64,000 bases of DNA from Azolla caroliniana. Lineage: Eukaryota; Plantae; Polypodiophyta. Below are positions 1 to 11,016 of the stretch, one piece after another. The notes beneath the pieces were generated by a model, which worked only from the letters and a program-made list of their open reading frames with translations, searched no databases and was not told the DNA's origin. The stretch spans positions 10,354,001 to 10,418,000 of the forward strand of contig JBHGNT010000008.1 of NCBI GenBank assembly GCA_043228905.1. Direction: 5' to 3'. A program made the translations under genes and the position numbers. The number at the start of each line of letters is the position of its first letter. The first letter of the stretch is position 1.

Positions 1-818
1 TGGCCCTTCTTGCCACAGTACGAACATTCCGTTGCATATTTGACTTGCCGGCCTCCGGCACCGCCATGACCCCCCCTGCCCGTGGAAGTCCCGGAACTGT
101 TGTCGGCACGTTCTTTGTGCCTTCGTTCTTGCTCTTGTCGGCCTCCTCCATTGCGTGCCGACCCGCCTCGTCCACCACGCCCATGGGACTGATCCGCCTC
201 CATGCACAGCATCCGGCTGTCAGTGGGTGCGCTAGTTGACGCACTGGCGTGGTTCTCCTCTACAAGGAGCATCGACTGTAAGTCGAAAAATGACGGTGTA
301 TTCTCCCTTGTACATACCGTCGTTCGGAACGCTCTGAACTTAGATGCCAGGCCCCCAAGACAGACCTGTACCATCTCGTCTTCCTCTACGGTAACATTGA
401 TAGAGGCAAGCGAGTCACAGATCTCTTTGATCCGGGCCATGTAATCCGCCGCCGACATGTCCTTCTGTCGTACATTGCTCAACTCCTGTCGAAGTTGCAG
501 CTTCCGGGCTGTAGTGCTCGCGGCGAAAACCTTCTTCAGGTTCCCCCAAGCCTCCTTCGACGTCTTGGCATCTCGGATGTGGCTCAGCAACTAGTCTCCG
601 ACACTAGACGCAAAGCAGTACATCACTTTGCTTGCCGATTGTTCCCACACTAGGAAGTCCTTATGTGTCTCATCAGGTGCTATTTCGTTGGCTCCTTCGA
701 CAAAACTCCAATAGCCATGCCCACGTAGGTACTGGTGCATCTTATACGACCAAGATGCATAGTTGGATCTGTCCAATTTCTCCACAGAGAGCGAGCTAGC
801 CATCCCTCTATCCATCAC
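1..818 (-). pseudogene. Copia gag (UBN2-type), with in-frame stop
   Basis: ORF 591-818 continues after a TAG stop into sequence matching gag at 44220-44820, including the start of a Zn knuckle. Confidence 0.85.
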
Positions 819-905
819 TTCTCTGTCTGTTGTTCTTACGACCTATTAGGGTTTTCTTTCAAGCGTTTGTCGGCTGAAGAGGTTCTCAACCTCGCTCTGA
901 TACCA

Positions 906-1319
906 TGAAAACGATTACTTGTAGAAGCGTTAGAAAATAGAGAAAGTAGAGAATACACAGAGTACACGGGAGAGACAGAGAGAGCAGAACGTGAAAGCTA
1001 TATACAAATCAATATATTCACTCTATCACATACAATTGTGCTCAGTAGCACTATTTATACAAGTCCTCATGGAACTGACAGAAGTACCACGTACTTCAAT
1101 GCTCACACGAACTTCTGACACTTACTACGAGACTATAATTGCCTAGTAGTCTAAACTAATACTAGGCTTCTGGTTACCGATTGGATCTGGCTAACTGGCT
1201 CCCCAGCTCACTGGCTCTGTTGCTTGCCGGCTCGGTTGCTCACGGCTTATCGATCCGTCTCGCTTGCCAGCTCAGGCTTCTTCAGTCAATCCGTCTCTAG
1301 TTGAGCTTGCCGCTCAACA
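906..1319 (-). repeat. 5' LTR of Copia element
   Basis: TG...CA ends, adjacent PBS, TATAAATAG on minus strand, similarity to LTRs at 43502 and 48911. Confidence 0.88.
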
Positions 1320-2263
1320 ACTACATGTGAAACGGACAACTAAGTGTCAAGTTATGTGAGTGTGAGTTTGAGAAGAAGAAGAGGAAAACAAAACTGTGAG
1401 ATATCCCACATAGATAGGATAACATCAAGATTCCAGAGTATATAAGTAGAGCCATATCGCTTTATATTATATCTATGTGTTTAGAGCACATAAAGGTTGT
1501 GTGTTTTATAACTTAGATGAATGGATGTGCCCAAGTTATTCAAATAGAGTTTTGAATGGACGGCACCGGGTGGAATGGACCGATCGGATAGGTGGATCAT
1601 GATGCACAGTGCCTTGAAGATTTCTCGAGGTGACACAAACAAAATCGTCTATAGGTTCCATTGGTTCATTGGAGCTCGACTGAAGTTGTAATATTCTGTT
1701 AGACATTTGTAAATACAAGACTAAAGCCTTGTAAAATTTTGTGTTTACAGGGTGTAAGTAAGAATTTGAACCTTCCACCTCGTAGATAAGATCCAAATGA
1801 CTTACCACTAAACTAAGTCATGACTTTAAAGTTATACTTTTATCATTATAGTTTTCATATGTAAGATCTCATACATGAGAGCTTGGATGAGTGACATGGC
1901 AAACATGCATCGCATGCATTTCATGCATTATGTGCATGTCTTGCACCCTCACATGCATCATATGCATGGGGGCATCTATAAAAGAATGGAGGAATCAAGC
2001 AAGGAGGGACTAATGAAAAAATTGGGAAGAAATTAATAATAATAATAATAATAAATCAAGTTATCCTAATGGTGATGTATCTTGTCTCTAAAATCTAAAG
2101 TCAAGCGTTCAATCTTTATCTCAATCTCTCTCTCCATATCAATCCCTCTCAATCTATCTTAAATACTTTCTCGCTAAAGCTAGTACAAACTTCGAATCCT
2201 TCCGGTCCAGGACCCCGGCGGTTCCACCTCACTATCCGCACATAGTGACGGATTTTCACGACA
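1320..2263 (+). repeat. 5' LTR of element A (left boundary unresolved)
   Basis: TATA-like CTATAAAAG at ~1976; ends CACGACA like the E and 50166 LTRs; followed by PBS. Confidence 0.6.
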
Positions 2264-2271
2264 TAATTAAG

Positions 2272-2289
2272 TGGTGAACCCGGCGTGAA
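2272..2289 (+). promoter_or_regulatory. Primer-binding site complementary to tRNA-Trp 3' end
   Basis: TGGTGAACCCGGCGTGAA; E has TGGTGAACCCGACGTGAA. Plant tRNA-Trp(CCA) ends ...TTCACGTCGGGTTCACCA (recalled). Confidence 0.8.
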
Positions 2290-4816
2290 AGAGGCGGTAG
2301 GAAGGATGAAGTCAAGGATCAACCGATACTTGGAGATGGAATCCTCAAGCAATCAAGCAGGAGAGTTCGAAAGGATGATGCTAATCGTCGAACAAATGAT
2401 GAGATCTCGGGACAATGATGCGAGCATGGAGAAGGTTGTTGATCGTGTCGTGGAGCTTGAGGGTCAATTTGACGGAAGGAACATTACGAAGTTCCTTGAT
2501 GCATACAGAAGGGAGATGAATCAGAGGGACGTGTCTGTAGCGCGTCAAATCAAATGGATGACAACGCCATACTCGCAGAAGTGATGTGTGACAACCACGA
2601 GGCGTTCATGGATGAAAAGAGAAAAAGAATGGAAGGGCAAGACAACCCATCAAAAAGACATGAAACAAGGAGCACGAAAAAGAAAGAAGATGCAGAAACG
2701 AGTTGAGCTTTACAAACAGAGGAAGGAAACTCAAGCCGGAAAGGGGAGTCGAGCAAACGAGTCGAAGAAATGGTTCGGCCCATGAGGGTTGATGTCAAAG
2801 ACCCCGCTCAGAAGACAAGAACTATGCCTACCTATAAGCTAAGGTCGGACATAGAGTAGACGACAAATCTGAAGAAGATTCTCGAGGAATGTGTTCTTGA
2901 TAGCCACGTGACCTTGTCCTTGAGGGAACTGCTCGGCATTACGAAGAAGGAGTTCCATGATACGATCGTGGACCTTATAAAGAGAAAAAGGCAACAGTCA
3001 GACGAGGAAGAAGAGAGGCCACTAAAAGCAAAAACAAATGCCATAACGATGGCAAGGGACGAAGTCGATGAAGATATGTTGGACAGCCACTATACTCGAC
3101 CTCATTGGGCACAAGCGACAACGGAGAGGCCGGTGAAGATCGGGGAGAAGAAAGAGACCGTAGTAGCCTTGATTGACCATGGCTCGGAGATCAACCTCAT
3201 GTCGACTGAGTTCTACAAAAAGGACGATGGCCAATTAATACAAACCACAGATGGAATATTCGAGTGGCAACAAAGGCCACAGAAGACTTGTACAGAGCTT
3301 GTCCAAATGTTAAAGTCACGATTGGGGATGTGGAGATGAATCAACACTTCTTTGTGCAAGAATTGGCTCCGCATCTTGTCATCCTAGGACAATCGTATAT
3401 CACATCATCCTGGATGGAGACCAAGGTGTTCGATTATGGAGCAGCCTTCACGCGAATCAAGAGTCTTGACAGTCAAAGATCTGTTTAATTCCTAACGGTG
3501 CGAGTTAATCATGAAAGAAATCGAGATAGCCTTGGAGGCGAATTCTCGGATTTTTAGAGCGGACCATTGAAGCATGGGGCACAAATAGTCTGAGCAATCA
3601 CAAGTTCCCACGAGAAAGTAGAATGTGTGGATTGCAAGGAGAAGCAACATGTGTCACACCTAGTGGCACATGAAACTAGTACTACCCAACAAAAAGGACA
3701 AGCGTCGGATACAAGATTTCGAGAAGATGCTGAAAGAAGAAAATATAATACAAGAAGAAGAATTCGTGACTCATATTATGGAAGAAGCCTCATTTAACGA
3801 CACCATCGGCGAAATCGAGGAAGTCGTGGACTTGAGCTATCTTCACGATCAACACGTGATTTCAGTTAACTCCATCAACATATACGTTATCATCGATGAA
3901 TACCATCAAGGCATCTTGATGGAGGAAGCTAGAGTCAACACAAAATATAAAACGGTGGATAGGAAGATCATCTAGTTGCGGTTCCGCTACCGGAAGATAG
4001 CTGGCAAAAGATGAAGGAAGTTGCAAAAGATTCAAGTTTAAGGAATCCAAAGACAATAGGACATGTCTTCACTGAAGAGACGAAAGAGAAGCTATGAGTT
4101 GGAAGGGAGGATTTCCTCCTCCCTGAAGAGGAGCGAATGTTCCGCAAAATGCTTGAAAGACATGGGAAGGCTTTCGCTTTTTTCCCACAGGAAATTGGAT
4201 GTGCTGATCCAAGGATGGTAGAACCAATGGTGATCTTCATGGTGCCTCGTGTGCCTTGGAATTTGAAACCAATGCCGGTTCCAAGAGCACACCTACTGAA
4301 GTTGATCGAGTTGTTAAAGGAGAAGGTGAATATGGGAATTCTGGAACCGTTGAACGCTCCTTATTCTAATAGGTGGTTCACGGCGCTGAAGAAGAATGGA
4401 TCATTGCGATTCATCCAAGATCTTCAACCCCTCAACAAGGTGACAATTCGGAATGTTGGAATCGGTTTGAGTGTGGATGAATTTGCCGAAGCATTTGCGG
4501 GCCGGTCCATCTACTCCATTGGCAATTGATCAGATCCAATTTCCGATCGATAGTCGTGACATTACAACCATGAGGACTCTGATCGGGCTTGTGTGGATGT
4601 GTACCTTACCTCAAGGTGCAACGAACTCAGTGGCTCATATAGTGAATGCCATGAACAAGGTCTTGAAGGATTGCATCACGATGCCATTCTTGGATGATAT
4701 TCCGATAAAATGATGTTCGGATGAGGAGAAGGATGAATCGAAATATAAGGAAGGGTGTAGAAAGTTCATCGTGGATCATATGAAAGATTGCGAGAAGGTG
4801 CTCGAAAGGCTCGAAG
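2285..4816 (+). pseudogene. Element A gag-protease and 5' part of pol (RT), with stops, frameshifts and deletions
   Basis: ORF pieces 2285-2584, 2908-3488, 3670-3975 and 4137-4713 match E ORFs at 55910-59900. Confidence 0.88.
4345..4816 (+). repeat. 472-bp direct repeat, copy 1 (RT segment of A); copy 2 at 15441-15912
   Basis: Near-identical (about 3 substitutions by eye), with the same disabling lesions. Confidence 0.93.
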
Positions 4817-7420
4817 TGTTGTATGTTTTAGGGCTAGGGTTAAGGACGATGATAATCATGATAAAGATAGACATGGTGGTTATGATGATGATGGAGAGTA
4901 TGGGATTGATGGCGAGAGAGATCATGTGCATTGAGAAGCATTGCGGGGTGGGGGGTGGTGCCTAGAATGGCTCCACCCCCCTCCCAAGGGGGTTCAACGT
5001 TAAGGGGAGGGAAGAGAGAGAGAGAGAGAGATGAAAAGAGAGATAGATAGAGAGAAATGATTCATTTTTCATTCATTCCCCATAAGGGGGTTAAATAGTA
5101 CAAGAGGGGGTAGATACAAAGGGGTGTAAGCCCCCTAGAGCATTCATACTGGACACTCACTCATACCTCCTCGTATCCATCCACATGCACACACGTGTGC
5201 ATGTGTTCACATACGTATCGACTCACAATTACATTTATGCCCCCTACACATACACAACATTATGATAACATTCGACCCTCGCTCATCACACTTGACTCTC
5301 CGTACATCTCGTACGAGGTAACACAATATGGCACGCCCGTGGGAAAGTGCCTTGCACGTTGATCCCACATGCCTTGATGATGATATTTCTTTGACTGGAA
5401 CTTCCATCGGTCCTTTCAACGATCGACTCCCTCGATCGGAATGCTTGACTCGAACATATTTGTCGGTCAGCAAATCTTCCGCGACACGAACATTCTCATT
5501 CTGTCGACTTACGAACTTCATAAAATCATTTGGGTCGTCAAAAATATGTTGTATGTATGTGTGTTCTTCCTTTGTTTTGAGTTGTGTGTGGTCGATCACG
5601 TCCATATCTTTAGGTGGATGAGTTTTCAAAATTTTGTATGTGCCCTTTGATTTTTTAATTTTAAATTTTAAATTTTTATTTTTATTTTTTCAATGCCATC
5701 ATGTTTTTCGAAATTCTTCGAATGCCCTCAAGTTTTCAAAACTCCTCGAATGCCCCTTATCGTTCTCTTTTTCCCTCTTTTTTTCCGTTTTTGTCTTTTT
5801 CTTTTTCTTGCCTCTTCTTCCTCTTTCTTTCTGTTTTCTTTTCCCGCTTCTCTACTTGCCTTCCTGTCTCTCCTCTCTTCTTCTGTTGTTCTTCTGTATT
5901 TGTCTTCCTCTTCCTTGCTCATTTTTCTCCATCCTCTGTCTTAAGCCTTCTCTGCCTTCTCTTCTATACTCTCTACTTTCTTCTCTGTGTGTTCTAGTTC
6001 CTTCTCTCATTCCATGGTCTCTCCGTCACTATCTCCATTTCTTTGTCTCTGTCGTCTACCGGCCACTCGTGACCGTTGGTTGTCGCCGCTCCTCTATCTG
6101 TCGCCGATACTATCCGGCCCGTTGTTTTGGCATCAGTTGTCCAGCCTTTCTGGGTGCATTTCAGCCACTCCGGCCATTCCGGCTGCATTTCGGCCATTTC
6201 TGTGCATTTCAGCCGCCTCGACCGCAACCGGCTCCTTTCCGGTGGCTGCCCTTGTTTTGCCGTCATCATCGTTGTTCCAACCGCTCTTTGATTGCTTGTC
6301 CTTCTGGTCCTGCATCCGCGGTTGTCTCCATCTACATATTGGTGTATCTCCTTCCGACCGGTTGTCGTCTCTGTCCATCTATGCCTCGTTTGTTGTTGTG
6401 TGTGTCTGTTTGGCCCTTCGTTTCAGCGTCATCTCCGATCCGGTCATCGATTGTTCAGCGTCATCGCTCTGGCCGGTTCCGTCTCTGTCCGGGCCTATCT
6501 GGCCACTCTGGCCACTGGTCGGCTATTCCGGTCGCTTTGGCCGCTCCTCGGCTCTCGGTTGCTCCGGCTGCCTCCGTTGCGGACTCCATCACCGTCTCTG
6601 TCGGTTTCGTCGTTGTCCGACACCATCCGTCATCTTGGCGGCCTGTTTGCTTCCCTGACCTTGTCCGGCCCTCCGGCCGCTCCGGCTGTTGTCGGTTGGT
6701 GATGACCGTTCCTGAAGCCTCTCTCATCTTCGTCGGCCCTGTCCGGCCGGTCTGCAGTCGCGTGGCCGGTCTGTTCAGTCGTCATCCGGTTGTCAGCCGT
6801 TGATATCTGACGGTTGTCTCTCCGTCCGTCGCTTTTCGGCGTCACTGTTGTTGTTTCGGCTCTGTCTACTCTGACGGCCGCCCGGCCATTACGGCCGCTT
6901 CGGTGCCAACCAACTCTTGTTCTGGTTCCAACTTTTTCCGCGTTGCTTCTCTGGAAACTGGAAACTGTGAACACGTCCCATTCCGGTCCCGCACATCTTG
7001 CTGGCCCACACTCCACACATTGCGTCTTCCTCCGCAGTCTCCTTGGAACACACACACGTTGCTGCTAACCGCACATTTGCACATTGTCATTTCCATTCTC
7101 GCACACTCATGTAACGCCATCCTTTTGCAACTTGTTTTGCAACTTCCTCTCATGCATTGACACCGTTTTTGTACATCTTGGCCAACATTTCTCGGACATT
7201 TAGGGCAAAAACAGACCACACAAAACATTCACATATAGAGATTAATTTGTTGTAGAATTGTGCAGCAGTCAATCTTGTCAATCTTCCATTTCTGATTTCT
7301 TCCGCCTTTTGCTGCATATCGCCATCATTACCCGGACATCTTTTACATATCATCATCCACTATGCCTCACATTGTCGCGTATCATTCTTCAACTCCGTCT
7401 CCAAAGGGGGGTCGCCTTAG
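4817..7420 (-). mobile_element. Element X: 3' part of an LTR element (3' LTR 4817-~5325 plus about 2.1 kb internal region with no recognisable domain)
   Basis: Starts TGTTG exactly at the break in A pol. Minus-strand TTGTACTATTTAA followed by a CT-rich tract. Shares the 29-nt block TGGCACGCCCGTGGGAAAGTGCCTTGCAC with B next to the LTR. Confidence 0.65.
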
Positions 7421-7810
7421 TGTTGTCTGCCTGGCCAGACTAGCCTCAACACAGGTGTCTATCCGACACTTCTCCAAAGGGGTGGTAAGGATTGGATGCT
7501 AGGTTACACGCGTAAGATGATTACAATTAAGCACAGACGGTAAACAATACGAAGATACAGATAAACACGCAATAATTACTTTTGTATTACTTCCGTCAAA
7601 CCCTTTACAAATCATCGGATCCTTTTATAGGCACCCGGCAAGGTTACAATCGGTGCGCTTAGGCAACCGACATCCGAATCGGTCCGGATCCGGATCGGTA
7701 CAACTGTACCGGATCCGTCCCTCTGAATAATAATTCTACTATTATTTACTTCCTATTATCCGATCCGACTCTGCCTTCCCACTTGTCCTTGCTCTTCTGA
7801 CCGGCCAACA
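7421..7810 (-). repeat. 3' LTR of element B
   Basis: TG...CA; direct repeat of 15050-15439; CCTATAAAAG on minus strand. Confidence 0.95.
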
Positions 7811-7812
7811 CA

Positions 7813-7828
7813 TGGCACGCCCGTGGGA
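7813..7828 (-). promoter_or_regulatory. tRNA-Arg 3'-end-like 16-mer (inverted PBS) at the PPT position of B
   Basis: Minus strand reads TCCCACGGGCGTGCCA-TG-[LTR TGTTGG]. No purine tract abuts the LTR. Confidence 0.8.
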
Positions 7829-7860
7829 AAGTGCCTTGCACTTCGAATCCACTCCCGGCC

Positions 7861-10781
7861 TCATTCTTCCTCCAAAATATCGAGCACACTCTGCTCGATG
7901 GTGTCAAGTGGTGCTTCTTCCTCCAATTCCTGTTCCTTGCCTGCCTGGTCTCCGACCTCCGGTTGGGTTGGCTGTTCCGTAAAAATTTGCTGCTCCGGCT
8001 CTGCTTGATTCTGTGGTGCCGGTGCTTCCTCACCGCTTCGTCCGGGTTCTTCCTGTTCTCCCTCCGTTCCAGGCTTTGTTATGTTACCAGTGTCGCTTTC
8101 TCCGGTCTCGACTGGTCGGCTCGGTACGCCTCCTTCCTCTGCTCTGGTGTCTTCCGGTCTCAGTTCTTCTTCTTCTCCGGCATCGGTCTGCTCCTGCTCT
8201 TCTTGATTTCCTTCGAACAGAAGTTCTTCTTCAGGTATTCCTTGTCGGGGTTGTTCGGTGTCGGTTGGTTCAACTTCAGCCGGTCGCTCTCCCTCACTAA
8301 TAGTGATTGGCGTCGTTCTTCCCTTGGCTTCCTGTCGTAACCGGTCCTGCTCGTATTTCTCCAACTCCAACTGAGTTGCGAGCTACCCTCATCCAACCTC
8401 TCTACCAACCCTCGGATTTCTTTGAGATGTTCTTCCGCTAAAGCGTAGAAATCCTCCGACAATTCTTCCCGAATGGCGATGATACTTTCTTCATCCATCT
8501 TGTAGAACTTGTCACCGGTCTTCCTCCGATTCTCGGCATCCGCTCGGAGTGTCTGCAGCTCGGCTGCCTGTTGTGACCACTCCTTCCATAGCTTTTCCGT
8601 ACTTTCGTTGATGCTTGCCTGAGCTCGGGTACTCCAACCTGACATGATGAGCTTGATCCGGTCAACCCCCGCCTTAGCATGCGCATAAGCTTCTTGCTTT
8701 TCCTTCCTTGCCCGTTTTATAATGTCGGCCATTATCTGAGCCTGGGCCTCGTAATCCGCTTTCTGCTTTTCATAGGTACTTTGCAGTTTGCTGATCGTAA
8801 AGGTCGATCTTTCCTTTTCTTCATTCCTGATCTTAGTCAGATCCAGCTTTTCCCGCCTTAGCGCCTCTAATTCCTTCCTTCTCTCCGTTGCTTGGGTTAT
8901 TTCCACCAACAATGCTTCCTTTTTGGCACTGACCTCATCCATTGCCTTAGCCAGGTCTAATCGGGTCTCTTTGAGCTGTTCTTTCAGCTTCTCTATTTGC
9001 CGGTCGTAGTTTGCTGCCCGTTTCTTGTTGTCCGACTCGGCCTGCTTGTGATCTCGGTAGAGACGGTCGAAGTCCTCCGTCTTCTGCTTCAAGCGTCGGT
9101 TTGCCTGAGCTCTTAACCGGTCGTCCCGGTCCTTTTGTTGTCGGAGTTCTTCCTGCAGTCGTTCTATCTCCTGCTCGGCATGTCGACGCAGTCGGTCCTT
9201 CTCCTTTTGCAGCTTCTCTTTTTCTTCTTGCAGTCGGTCATTAGTGGCTCGGCCTTTCCGGAGGCCTTCTTCCATTTTTCGTCTGTCATCCTCCACCACT
9301 TTCTGCTGCTCCCTTTCTTTTTCCCTTAATGCCTCCTGAGCTTTTAAATCCTCTCGTAAGGTTTCTATTATTTTTTCGGTCTCAGGGCCAGTTTGCAAGG
9401 CTACCGGTTCCGGTTCCAGTTCTGGTTGCTTCCTTGTTGTCCCGACCGGCTCGGTGACAACTTGTGCTTGTTGAATTCCTTCCCTTTCTTGCAACAGCTC
9501 CCCTTGCATTTCCTCGATCTGTGTTCGGAGCGCGGCCAACTCTTGAGTTGTTGTATGCGTCAGATGTTGCCTACACGTTTCTTCTTCCTCTAACTGGTCC
9601 GCTACTCTCGATAACTGCTCCGAAAGCCATCTCAGCCATTGTGGCTTTGTGCTTCCTGTGTCGGGGTGGCCTTGCTCACTTCTACTCCTTAACTCAGGCT
9701 GTTTTTCCGGCCTTTTCTCTGGCTCCGGCGCTTGTTCATTCTTCTTCTCTGGGATGACCGGTTCTCTGAAGTCCGGCACAATCGGTGTCGGTGCTACTTC
9801 CCTCGGTACGGGTTTCGGTACTGCTTCTGCCTCGGCTACTGGAGGTGGTCCTTGCGCCCTCTGCTGAGTTTTGTCAACTGATGGAGCCGGTCCTTTCGCC
9901 CGTCTCTCCCGACCTTGTCTTGCTGGGAGTCTTACCAGTGGTTCGGATGAGTCTTCTGTTTCAGCTTCCTCCTCCGGTGCGGCTACCAGACGGACCTTTT
10001 GTACAAAGACCTCTGGTTCCGGTTCCGGCCGTCGCAGCGTTATATTGATTGGTTTGAGCGCTACCGGTTCCTCCTCGGCCGATTTCCCTTTGCCTTTTCC
10101 TGCCGGTTTTGCCTTTGTTGCCGGTTCCTGTTGCTGTCAGGATGGTCCTTCCCCCCGTTGTTCTGCTTCTTCCTGGGTCCATCCGGGGGTGTGTTTCTCC
10201 AGGATATGTTGGCGCTTTGTGACCTTTTTCGGCGTTGTCTCCTGCCGACCTCTTTTCTTTTGTTTGATGGGGAGCACCGGTGGGACTAACACCATTAGCC
10301 ATTGTGCTATCCCGGCCCATGGCTTTTTTCCTTCCACAAGATTCTTGATGGCCTCCTTCAATCCTTCGGTTATGAAATGGAGCCAGTCCACTTGTAATCC
10401 TTCGTACGCTGCAATTAAGAACGCTGCCCGGTACCTGGCTATGGCCGGGGGACGAGGATTCACAAATCCGTATTCCATCATGGCGCGGGCCACTTCTCCG
10501 AACAGCAGGTTCTCTCCGCCCTGTGTTCGGTACGCCTTACTGCTGATAGAATACTCACCGAAATATTCGAACAGGATTTCACTTGAAGGGTTTTCGATTG
10601 TTTGAAGTCCTCCTGCTTTTATCCCCGTGAGCGCCTGCACTGCTCCTTCCGTGATTTCTGATAAATCAATAGATGTTGTCGCCTGCTCGGGTTCTGCGTG
10701 TGGTGGAGCGTCAGCGATCCGCAGCAATCCTTTTAACCCGTTCTCCCTCATCCATTGGCGTGCCTCCTCCGACAGTACCAT
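7861..10781 (-). pseudogene. Extra 3' ORF of B: globular N-terminal domain, long coiled coil, acidic tail; frameshifted
   Basis: ORFs 10137-10781, 8160-9779 and 7861-8370 are homologous to 26171-29098 and 17600-18750. Confidence 0.82.
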
Positions 10782-11016
10782 TGTTTCGAATTCTTCTTCT
10801 GTTGTCTGTTGTTCGGGATTGGGCTGTGTGTGCGCTGTGCGTCGGATCGCTCTTCTATGCTTCTACGCCTGTGTGTAGAAAAATTCGTAAAAAGTAAGTC
10901 CTTCGCAGGCCTGTGTCTTATATAGTGGCTTTTGCCTCGAGCCGCCCTCTTTCGTTTCCCGCGCATGTTCATCTCCCGCCATAATTAGTATGTCCTTTCT
11001 TGCTTGCCGCGTGTGA

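Larger units (their letters stand above)
1..1319 (-). mobile_element. Ty1/Copia LTR retrotransposon, 5' part (same family as 43502-49336 and 63226-63965); continues beyond window start
   Basis: LTR 906-1319 begins TGTTGAGCGGCAAG on the minus strand, like the LTR at 43502. PBS TGGTATCAGAGC (tRNA-iMet) at 894-905. Gag N-terminus 'EKLDRSNYASWSYKMHQYL' is homologous to the region near 44000. Confidence 0.92.

Noticed and set aside
5634-6803. 389-aa plus-strand ORF in element X
   Set aside because: L/F/S/P-rich translation of CT-rich DNA with several overlapping open frames and no recognisable domain; not supportable as a gene, although an antisense TE ORF cannot be excluded.
7813-7828. Reading B as a plus-strand element with antisense gag-pol
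   Set aside because: The LTR TATA box, gag-pol, extra ORF and a PBS at 15034-15043 all indicate the minus strand, and C shows the same layout on the plus strand.
8160-9779. Host myosin/SMC-like coiled-coil gene or true viral envelope
   Set aside because: Lies between the LTRs at the same position in three elements; no signal peptide or transmembrane helix seen.
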